A stretch of DNA of 25,949 nt from a virus (lineage: Duplodnaviria; Caudoviricetes): positions 1-25,949 of the IMG/VR virus record IMGVR_UViG_3300016263_001520; one strand, given 5' to 3'. This document shows positions 8,524 to 15,109 of this stretch, piece after piece (position 1 is the stretch's first letter; each line of letters opens with the position of its first letter). A program made the translations under genes and the position numbers. A model generated the notes under the pieces. It was given only the letters and a program-made list of their open reading frames with translations, made no database searches and was not told the DNA's origin.

Positions 8524-8884
8524 GCCAAAACCTTTGAGCAGACCTCGAGGATTTTTAAGAGGAGGGCACATCTCATTTTATAACCCCTCTGCTATTGAGC
8601 AAAAAAAAGCGCAAATACTTCTTAAAAAAGAGATCGGAAAATCCAAAATCCCCTTCTTTGCTGTTGAAGCTGTGGAGATTGATTTTATTTTCTTTTATAA
8701 GCGAAAAAAATCCCAAAAAACAGAGCACAAAACGACTAAACCCGACCTGGACAATCTCGTAAAATTCTATCTCGATGCAATGAATGCGGTTTGTTTTGCT
8801 GATGATAAGCAAGTGGTTCGAATCAGCGCTACGAAGCAATTTTGGGATCGGTCTTGCGTGGTAATTACTATGAGAGCTTTATGA
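8474..8884 (+). CDS. rusA: RusA-family Holliday junction resolvase
   Basis: PKPLSRPR, TTKPDLDNLVKFYLDAMN, DDKQVV. Confidence 0.92.
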   Translation: MLLERNLTEYKLILDVEPKPLSRPRGFLRGGHISFYNPSAIEQKKAQILLKKEIGKSKIPFFAVEAVEIDFIFFYKRKKSQKTEHKTTKPDLDNLVKFYLDAMNAVCFADDKQVVRISATKQFWDRSCVVITMRAL

Positions 8885-9186
8885 AATGTATGCCCTGCAC
8901 TACCTGTAGACGCGTTGTACAAATTAACTGCACAGGGATTTGTCTAAGTTGTCAGCGCGGATTTGTCGACGTGGATCAAGAAGACATCTATAATACAGTA
9001 GAACCAGCCCCTTTTGGGGTTTTAGATCTAACGTTACAAAAAATGGAGGAAGAAAATGCCGCTCAAAAAAGGGTACAGTCAGAAGACGATTTCGAAGAAC
9101 ATCTCTCAAGAGGTGAAAGCTGGGAAGCCTCAAAAACAGGCGGTAGCAATCGCTTTAAGCATCGCAGAAAAAGCAAAGAAAAGTAA
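8881..9186 (+). CDS. Cys-rich hypothetical protein (start likely 8881)
   Basis: ATGA coupling with the rusA stop. CTTC...CLSC. Confidence 0.5.
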   Translation: MKCMPCTTCRRVVQINCTGICLSCQRGFVDVDQEDIYNTVEPAPFGVLDLTLQKMEEENAAQKRVQSEDDFEEHLSRGESWEASKTGGSNRFKHRRKSKEK

Positions 9187-9196
9187 GAAGAAATAA
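9056..9196 (+). CDS. 46-aa basic phage protein (not in ORF track)
   Basis: [55 protein letters not shown] widespread small phage protein pattern. Confidence 0.8.
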   Translation: MPLKKGYSQKTISKNISQEVKAGKPQKQAVAIALSIAEKAKKSKKK

Positions 9197-9202
9197 AAAC
9201 AA

Positions 9203-9231
9203 ATGCAAAAGACCTCGATTTTTGGTAAAAT
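9203..9231 (+). promoter_or_regulatory. Promoter, likely giving a leaderless mRNA
   Basis: ATGCAA-17-TAAAAT with extended -10 TG. ATG lies 6 nt downstream. Confidence 0.55.
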
Positions 9232-9237
9232 AAATTC

Positions 9238-9693
9238 ATGAGTGAGAAAAAAGAGAATCTGCCGATTGCCGATAAAAATTATAGTCGCGAGTATCTAGCT
9301 GAGTTACAAAAACTTGGCTCTAAAAGTGTCAGAGACGGAATTAATCTTCTTGTTATCTGTGTGAAGTACTATCGGTTCAAACGTGTTTTTCCTGCTTTAA
9401 AAGGCAGGGCTACTCTTTTTATCCCAGATCTCAAGATGGTCATCAACGAGGTCAATTATTTTGAAAAAGATGGAAAGCGCTGGGTGCGTTTGCCCCAGTT
9501 CTTTTCGGGTCATGCAACTGACAAGAACAAAAGTGCTTGGAAGTCGTATATAAAATGGACGTGTCCCGAATTTACAGCCCATTTTTACCAACAAGCTATC
9601 GATGCAATTGCTTTGAAGATTGAAGCCGACGCGCTAATTGATCTTGGAAAAATGATGAGAGACCCCAACTCTATGGAGCTACATGAAAATTAA
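9238..9693 (+). CDS. SpoVG-like nucleic-acid-binding protein (tentative)
   Basis: LKGRATLFIPDLKMVINEVNYFEKDGKRWVRLPQ...YIKW pattern. Confidence 0.5.
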   Translation: MSEKKENLPIADKNYSREYLAELQKLGSKSVRDGINLLVICVKYYRFKRVFPALKGRATLFIPDLKMVINEVNYFEKDGKRWVRLPQFFSGHATDKNKSAWKSYIKWTCPEFTAHFYQQAIDAIALKIEADALIDLGKMMRDPNSMELHEN

Positions 9694-10270
9694 GTGGACA
9701 TCAAAAAAACTGCTGGTAAATGAGATCTTTGAAAATCCCTCGAATCCGCGCAAAATCTCTGTGCAATCTGGCAATCAACTAAAAAGATCTTTAGAAAAGT
9801 TTGGACTTTGTGAACCGATCGTTGTCAATGTCAACGGACAAATTATTGGCGGGCATCAGCGTTTTCGTTTAATGCAACAGATGGGACAATATGAGATCGA
9901 TTGTTTTGTACCCGATCGGGAGTTATCTAATGATGAAGTCCAAGAACTAACGATACGTCTCAATAAAAACAGTGGAGATTGGGATTACGATATATTAGCA
10001 GATCAGTGGGATGTACCCTCTTTGCTCGACTGGGGCTTCACTGAAAAAGAGTTGTCTTTGGTTGTAAACGATGGTGAAACAGCCGAAAGCCGACCCGCAA
10101 TGACTATAGATGGGGATCGCTACGTTGTGGAATTTTCAACGGACACACTAACACCTGCTCAATGTGATACCATTTTAGATCAGGTCTTAAAGCTAAGCGA
10201 GCGTTTCAAAAGCAAATTACAAGTGGAAAAAAACGGTGTTAAAATCGAATGGCAAAAAAAGATCTCTTAG
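9683..10270 (+). CDS. ParB/Sulfiredoxin N-terminal domain protein
   Basis: NPSNPRKIS...LKRSLEKFGLCEPIVVN...IIGGHQR, LNKNSGDWD. Confidence 0.85.
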   Translation: MKIKWTSKKLLVNEIFENPSNPRKISVQSGNQLKRSLEKFGLCEPIVVNVNGQIIGGHQRFRLMQQMGQYEIDCFVPDRELSNDEVQELTIRLNKNSGDWDYDILADQWDVPSLLDWGFTEKELSLVVNDGETAESRPAMTIDGDRYVVEFSTDTLTPAQCDTILDQVLKLSERFKSKLQVEKNGVKIEWQKKIS

Positions 10271-10767
10271 ATAAATTCCAACCACCGCTCATCACTCACG
10301 ATATATTGGACGCGATCTATGAGGGAAAAATCACTTATGATCAGGCCTTGGCTCAACAACCGATCGACTGGGACTATGTGGGTAAGTTATTTGAAGCGGG
10401 CTGTTCTATCAATGAAGCCTGCCAATATCTAGACCTGAATCCCACCATTGTTTACAAGAGGTGTATTGCTGAATTGAACACCACTTTGTCAGAATATCGG
10501 GATACAAAAATGGGGCGAGGCAACTCATTGTTGCGCTTAAAGCAGTTCCAAATGGCAATGGGTGGCAATATAACGATGTTGATCTGGTTGGGAAGAACAC
10601 GTCTTGGACAAACTTTCGATGTAAAAGCGGCTCACGAGGCTATCGATGCCAAAGTGATCAATTATGGGACTAAAGAGCGTGCAAATTGTCCTCCGAGTGC
10701 TGAATGGTCAAAGAATGTGGCTCAAAAAAACAACTCCGCAGATGTTGTTGAGGTAACGGATGGGTGA
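10249..10767 (+). CDS. terS: Terminase small subunit
   Basis: HTH-like segment plus LRLKQFQMAMGGNITMLIWLGRTRLGQ. Directly upstream of terL. Confidence 0.75.
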   Translation: MAKKDLLDKFQPPLITHDILDAIYEGKITYDQALAQQPIDWDYVGKLFEAGCSINEACQYLDLNPTIVYKRCIAELNTTLSEYRDTKMGRGNSLLRLKQFQMAMGGNITMLIWLGRTRLGQTFDVKAAHEAIDAKVINYGTKERANCPPSAEWSKNVAQKNNSADVVEVTDG

Positions 10768-12079
10768 AATCACAATCCCAAATTTTGATCCACGCCCTTA
10801 TCAGCTCAATTTTTTGCGTGCTATGGATGATGGGTGCAAACGTGCTGTTTTGGTGTGGCATAGAAGAGCTGGAAAAGAGATTGCGTGTTTTAATTGGCTG
10901 ATCAAACAAGCGTTTTGGCATCGTCGTGGCACTTACGTCTACTTCTTTCCAACATCTACCTTGGGTCGTAGAATTCTTTGGGATGGATCTAACAAAGACG
11001 GTAAAAAGTTCATTGATTATATACCCCACGAGATCATTGACGGCAAACCTAACTCGGTCGAGATGAAGATTAAGTTGGTCAACGGTTCTATCATTCAGAT
11101 CATCGGCTCGGATCAGATTATCAACGTTGGGATCAACCCAGTTGGCTGCGTTTTTAGCGAATTTTCTTTACAAGATCCGAAAACATGGGCATTCGTTAGG
11201 CCGATTTTGCGTGAAAACAATGGTTGGGCGATCTTCAATTTTACTCCACGTGGAAAAAACCATGCTTACGATTTGTATCTAATGGCAAAAAATAACCCTG
11301 AGTGGTTTTGTGAGCGGTTAACTGTGGCGGATACTGGCGTTTTAAGTGAAGCCGATATCGAAAGAGAACGTTTTGAGGGCATGTCTGAAAATCTGATCCA
11401 ACAAGAATTTTATTGTTCATTTGATCAGGGGATTGAAGGGGCCTACTTTGCAAAGCTTTTGAATCAAGCAGATCTTCAGGGCCGAATTTCTAATGTACCC
11501 TACGAACCATTGGCACCAGTTTTAACTTTTTGGGATCTTGGCGTTGGTGATGAGACGGTAATTCTCTTCGTTCAGCAGGTGGGGCAAGAGATACACATTA
11601 TCAATATGTACAAAAACACAGGCGAGGGGTTATCTCACTATGCAAAAGTACTCAAAAAATTGTCGGATGATTTTGGCTATTATTATAGCGACCACTACGC
11701 TCCTCATGATATTCAAGTGCGTGAGCTTGGTTCAGGGGCGCAAACAAGATTGGAAATCGCAAAAGATCTTGGAATCGTTTTTAACATCGTACCAAATCTA
11801 CCTGTGCAAGAGGGTATAGAACTATCTCGGGGGTTATTCCCAAAAATCTGGATAGACCAAAAGAAGTGTAACTACTTAATTAAATCGTTGGAAAATTATC
11901 ATCGTGCGTATAATGAGAAACACAATGTTTTCTCGGAAAGACCTGTGCACGATTGGTCATCTCATTCCGCCGATTGTTTTCGGTATATGTCAATTATTCT
12001 CAACGTAAAACGGCAAAAATCAATGACCGAAGCAGATGCAAACCGGCTAGAAGATCTCTATTTTAGACAATATCATTGA
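10760..12079 (+). CDS. terL: Terminase large subunit
   Basis: PRPYQ, WHRRAGK (Walker A), VFSEF, TPRGKNH, QEFYCSF, WDLGVGD, HDWSSHSADCFRY. Confidence 0.95.
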   Translation: MGEITIPNFDPRPYQLNFLRAMDDGCKRAVLVWHRRAGKEIACFNWLIKQAFWHRRGTYVYFFPTSTLGRRILWDGSNKDGKKFIDYIPHEIIDGKPNSVEMKIKLVNGSIIQIIGSDQIINVGINPVGCVFSEFSLQDPKTWAFVRPILRENNGWAIFNFTPRGKNHAYDLYLMAKNNPEWFCERLTVADTGVLSEADIERERFEGMSENLIQQEFYCSFDQGIEGAYFAKLLNQADLQGRISNVPYEPLAPVLTFWDLGVGDETVILFVQQVGQEIHIINMYKNTGEGLSHYAKVLKKLSDDFGYYYSDHYAPHDIQVRELGSGAQTRLEIAKDLGIVFNIVPNLPVQEGIELSRGLFPKIWIDQKKCNYLIKSLENYHRAYNEKHNVFSERPVHDWSSHSADCFRYMSIILNVKRQKSMTEADANRLEDLYFRQYH

Positions 12080-12174
12080 TTTTAATTTATCTATTCTTTA
12101 TTATATTTCATAAACATATCTTCCTTTTGTTTTCCGTGTTATTAAATGGAGACGTCGAATAGCACGGTTTTTTT
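12076..12174 (+). ncRNA. Candidate ~63-nt sRNA with promoter and terminator
   Basis: TTGATT(12076)-17-TATTAT. 5' hairpin AAACA-uaucuuccuuu-UGUUU, then a 10-bp stem at 12134-12167 followed by T7. Confidence 0.45.
12134..12174 (+). terminator. Rho-independent terminator after terL
   Basis: CCGTGTTATT...AATAGCACGG followed by TTTTTTT. Confidence 0.75.
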
Positions 12175-12177
12175 ATT

Positions 12178-12206
12178 TTGCAATTTCGGTTTAGATTTTC
12201 TATTGT
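12178..12206 (+). promoter_or_regulatory. Sigma70-type promoter
   Basis: TTGCAA-17-TATTGT upstream of the GGAGG RBS of 12231. Confidence 0.6.
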
Positions 12207-12230
12207 TACATTTATGACAATGGAGGTCTA

Positions 12231-12413
12231 ATGAAAAAGCAAGGTTACAACGCAAAACTTGATGAGTCTCTTGGTATGCGCAAAGGCAAAAAAAGCCAGT
12301 CCATGGGTGCCAGAAGAGCAGAGTCAAAGGGAATGGAAAAAGCAATGGGTAAAGGGGCTTATTCCGCTGTAAAATCAATGAACGGTAATGGAAAACGCGG
12401 AAAATCGTGTTAA
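12231..12413 (+). CDS. Small Lys/Gly/Met-rich basic protein
   Basis: GGAGG RBS. MKKQGYNAKLDESLGMRKGKKSQSM. Confidence 0.75.
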   Translation: MKKQGYNAKLDESLGMRKGKKSQSMGARRAESKGMEKAMGKGAYSAVKSMNGNGKRGKSC

Positions 12414-12633
12414 ATGGAGCCCTTTTGCCATGGTTAGAAACTTTATAAAAGAGCTATATATGCAATTAAAAAGCTGGATTCTTGGTAAAAGGGTTATTCT
12501 TACAAGATCAACAAATGATTGGCGAGCGGTAAAACAAACGTGCGATGCGATGAACGCTGAAATGGAAAAATGTTTCGCTAAAAAGCCCAGAAAACCCAGA
12601 ACAAAAAAGAATTTAACGACACACCAAGATTAA
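12388..12633 (+). CDS. Hypothetical basic protein (start uncertain)
   Basis: 81-aa ORF with a KKPRKPRTKK tail. Confidence 0.45.
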   Translation: MENAENRVKWSPFAMVRNFIKELYMQLKSWILGKRVILTRSTNDWRAVKQTCDAMNAEMEKCFAKKPRKPRTKKNLTTHQD

Positions 12634-12905
12634 CTTTCTAAGATAGTTCCCCATATCTCCTCTTGACGTAGCAATAGATAAGCTTTACCGTTGAAATTAA
12701 TATTGCTACCTGCTACAGATGAGAACATTACTTTATCCCCTTTTTTGAAATGCAATGGCGACCCATCTTCCTTTACCCCACATTCTATGACGATACCATG
12801 TTGGCTACGTTTATTTTGATCTACGACCACTATCGGTCCGTAAAGAATTTCTGTCTCTTGGACGACCTCGACTAATAATCGTGTACCATTGGGTTTAAAA
12901 ATCAT
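12630..12905 (-). CDS. groES: GroES/Cpn10 co-chaperonin
   Basis: MIFKPNGTRLLV, mobile loop GPIVV, GIVIECG, KKGDKVMF, YLLLRQEEIWG. A GGAG RBS supports a start at 12905 rather than 12917. Confidence 0.88.
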   Translation of the reverse strand: MIFKPNGTRLLVEVVQETEILYGPIVVVDQNKRSQHGIVIECGVKEDGSPLHFKKGDKVMFSSVAGSNINFNGKAYLLLRQEEIWGTILES

Positions 12906-12917
12906 CTGACTCTCCAT

Positions 12918-12951
12918 AAAAAAAAGTGGCCGTGAAGGTTAACACAGCCAC
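12918..12951 (-). terminator. Terminator/attenuator directly upstream of groES
   Basis: GTGGCTGTG-ttaacctt-CACGGCCAC followed by T8. The G-U pair is valid only on the minus strand. Confidence 0.75.
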
Positions 12952-13020
12952 CCAACTAACAATAACGATGATGAGCTCGTTATCAGTCTCACTCTTAGAT
13001 TAGGGTTCTTGAGTAATTTT

Positions 13021-13049
13021 AAAATACTTCTTGGATTTATTTTTGGCAA
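13021..13049 (-). promoter_or_regulatory. Putative promoter of the groES leader
   Basis: TTGCCA-17-TATTTT. Confidence 0.5.
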
Positions 13050-13077
13050 TTTTTATCTTTGTTAAAAAATGGAATAT

Positions 13078-13218
13078 ATGGCTGTACCCAAAAATCCAAA
13101 GTTGTACGCAACGGTAAAAGCTGAAGCGAAAAAAAAGTTCAAGGTGTACCCATCGGCGTACGCAAACGCTTGGCTGGTCAAAGAATATAAAGCCCGAGGC
13201 GGTCAATATGGGTCTTAA
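13078..13218 (+). CDS. 46-aa basic protein, DUF5872-like N-terminal half (not in ORF track)
   Basis: MAVPKNPKLYATVKAEAKKKFKVYPSAYANAWLVKEYKARGGQYGS*. Confidence 0.8.
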   Translation: MAVPKNPKLYATVKAEAKKKFKVYPSAYANAWLVKEYKARGGQYGS

Positions 13219-13474
13219 AGAATGGTTTGCTGAAAAATGGGTCAATATTGGTGCGAAACGCAAGGACGGTTCTTTTGAGCCGTGTGGCCGTTCCAAGGCA
13301 AAACTTGAGTCAAAGGGTTACCCCAAGTGCGTTCCACTTTCAAAAGCAAAACAAATGAGCCCTTCTGAAATACAATCCGCTGTAAAACGTAAAAGAGCTG
13401 TAAAACAGGGCGTTGGTGGTAAACCCACAATGGTAAAAACAGATGCACCTAATCGCTCTAAACCATCACGTTAA
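13208..13474 (+). CDS. Basic protein, DUF5872-like C-terminal half
   Basis: GLKEWFAEKWV...PCGRS...YPKCVP...AVKRKR. Confidence 0.8.
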   Translation: MGLKEWFAEKWVNIGAKRKDGSFEPCGRSKAKLESKGYPKCVPLSKAKQMSPSEIQSAVKRKRAVKQGVGGKPTMVKTDAPNRSKPSR

Positions 13475-13492
13475 CGCATTTGGAGAAACACC

Positions 13493-13768
13493 ATGGCAAA
13501 ATACAAAACACCTGCTTGGCAAAGAGCTGAGGGACAATCGAAATCTGGAGGTCTATCAAAAAAGGGAATTGAATCTTACAGAAGAGAAAATCCAGGTTCT
13601 AAGCTTGCTATGGCTGTAACAGAGAAAGACCCGGGTCCCAAAAGAGAAGCCCGCAGGAAGTCTTTTTGCTCAAGAATGCAAGGGATGAAAAATAAACTGA
13701 CTTCTGCAAAAACTGCTAATGACCCCAACTCAAGAATCAATTTAGCTTTAAAAAAGTGGCGATGTTGA
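13493..13768 (+). CDS. Basic phage protein, DUF6321-like
   Basis: GGLSKKG..YRRENPGSKL...RRKSFCSRM...DPNSRINLALKKWRC. GGAG RBS. Confidence 0.8.
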   Translation: MAKYKTPAWQRAEGQSKSGGLSKKGIESYRRENPGSKLAMAVTEKDPGPKREARRKSFCSRMQGMKNKLTSAKTANDPNSRINLALKKWRC

Positions 13769-14529
13769 AACTTCGTGGCTTAAGTCTTTTTTCTGGGATC
13801 GGAGGGATTGAAAAAGCCCTTGAGGACTGGGTTGAAACGGTTCATTATTGTGAAATCAATTCTTTTTGCGCTAGACTTTTGAAAAATAAAATGATCTCTC
13901 AAGAATTGTCTGAGGGCAAAATTTGGGAAGATGTTCGAAACATCTCTATAAATGAAATCGGTCATGTCAACATCATTACAGCAGGATTTCCCTGTCAAGA
14001 CATCAGCGTTGCAGGACTTGGAAAAGGCTTGGAAGGAGAGCGAAGCGGATTATTTTTCGAGATCATGCGCTTGGCCAAAGAAATCAAGCCCGAATTTCTA
14101 TTCCTTGAAAATGTCCCAGCAATCACAACTAGAGGAGGACTCAGAGTCGTTGAAGAAATTACCTCGCTGGGGTATGACTGTAGATGGTGTGTTATATCCG
14201 CTTCTTCCGTTGGGGCATTACAAAGACGAGAAAGATGGTTTTTGCTGGCCAAACGGAATGAAACTATGGATTGCAACCCCACGCCCATCACAAGATTACA
14301 AACCCATTCTTGCACCGACTCCAAGTTGTGTAGCAAAAAATCACGGGTTGACACTACCGATGAGTATTGGCCTTTTAAATCCCGAGCTCATTGGCAAGAA
14401 ACTGTCTGTAACATTCCTAGAAGTTTTGATGGGGTACCCGATTGGCTGGACAGAGTGCAAGCAATAGGAAATTCTGTAGTACCTGCTCAGGCAAAAGAAG
14501 CATTCAAAATGTTGTGTGGGTTGAAATAA
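13762..14529 (+). CDS. C5-cytosine DNA methyltransferase, alpha chain
   Basis: Motifs I (LFSGIGG), IV (GFPCQD), VI (ENV), VIII (QRRERWF) and X (RVQAIGNSVVP). No motif IX. Confidence 0.92.
   Translation: MLKLRGLSLFSGIGGIEKALEDWVETVHYCEINSFCARLLKNKMISQELSEGKIWEDVRNISINEIGHVNIITAGFPCQDISVAGLGKGLEGERSGLFFEIMRLAKEIKPEFLFLENVPAITTRGGLRVVEEITSLGYDCRWCVISASSVGALQRRERWFLLAKRNETMDCNPTPITRLQTHSCTDSKLCSKKSRVDTTDEYWPFKSRAHWQETVCNIPRSFDGVPDWLDRVQAIGNSVVPAQAKEAFKMLCGLK
13952..14467 (+). CDS. C5 methyltransferase beta chain in nested +1 frame (M.EcoHK31I-beta-like; start possibly 13964)
   Basis: 171-codon open frame inside the alpha gene, with LPRWGMTVDG, WIATP and a C-terminal motif IX-like KLSVTFLEVLMGYPIGWT. 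Confidence 0.75.
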   Translation: MKSVMSTSLQQDFPVKTSALQDLEKAWKESEADYFSRSCAWPKKSSPNFYSLKMSQQSQLEEDSESLKKLPRWGMTVDGVLYPLLPLGHYKDEKDGFCWPNGMKLWIATPRPSQDYKPILAPTPSCVAKNHGLTLPMSIGLLNPELIGKKLSVTFLEVLMGYPIGWTECKQ

Positions 14530-14588
14530 GATGAATAAAATATCAACAATGCGCTAGATTTTTTTCCGACCTAGTTTATGCTTGATTA

Positions 14589-14735
14589 TCTACTCTTTAG
14601 CTTCTAAAGGTCAAGAAGTCGCCAAACGTTTGGTAATGGAGTAGAGTTTTAAAAAGAGGGCTTTTGCAGCCCCCCCAAATTTCAAGAAACAACTAGGGCG
14701 TTACTCCTTTCCCATTTCTGGGGGTTATTTTTTTT
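14589..14735. ncRNA. Structured intergenic element with convergent terminator-like hairpins
   Basis: Multi-stem fold at 14589-14645. Minus-strand hairpin plus T5 at 14651-14677, plus-strand hairpin plus T-run at ~14708-14735. Confidence 0.4.
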
Positions 14736-14871
14736 CTAAAAATGTTTATCAAATTAGTTTGAAAACAAACTTATCATAATTCACAACGAAATAAATTAAA
14801 ATAAAAAAGTGTCATTTAGGATTGCGGATTTATCTATATTTCGGCATCTTTAAAAAAAACTTTGGAATTTT

Positions 14872-15063
14872 ATGGCCCAAAACTGGATCAAAGATGCTAT
14901 TCAAAAACCCGGTGCTTTAAGAGAATCTCTTGACATCAAAAAAGGGAAAGACATACCAGCATCAAAGCTAGAAAAAGCCAAAGAATCTAAAAGTCCTATC
15001 ACTAGAAAAAGGGCCGTACTGGCGGAAACGTTAGCAAAATTGGCAAAAAAGCGTAAAAAATAG
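14872..15063 (+). CDS. Small basic phage protein
   Basis: WIKDAIQKPGALRESL..KKGKDIPASKL...RAVLAETL, a common phage small-protein pattern. Confidence 0.8.
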   Translation: MAQNWIKDAIQKPGALRESLDIKKGKDIPASKLEKAKESKSPITRKRAVLAETLAKLAKKRKK

Positions 15064-15109
15064 ATTAGTAAATTAAAATATTCTAGTCTAAAAATAAAAT
15101 GGTTTTTTG

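Noticed and set aside
12961-12990. Hammerhead ribozyme (gatgatgag resembles CUGAUGAG)
   Set aside because: It lacks the CUGA core and a properly placed GAAA and stems.
13000-13296. 98-aa minus-strand ORF and other antisense ORFs (8573, 10670, 13995, 14901, 19360, etc.)
   Set aside because: They are shadows of better-supported genes on the opposite strand, with no motifs or RBS.
13952-14467. Methyltransferase pseudogene or sequencing frameshift
   Set aside because: Both frames are intact and complementary in motif content, matching the known alpha/beta arrangement.
14774-14815. Type I toxin peptide in the non-coding island
   Set aside because: The minus-strand ORF is only 13 codons (MTLFYFNLFRCEL) with no RBS.
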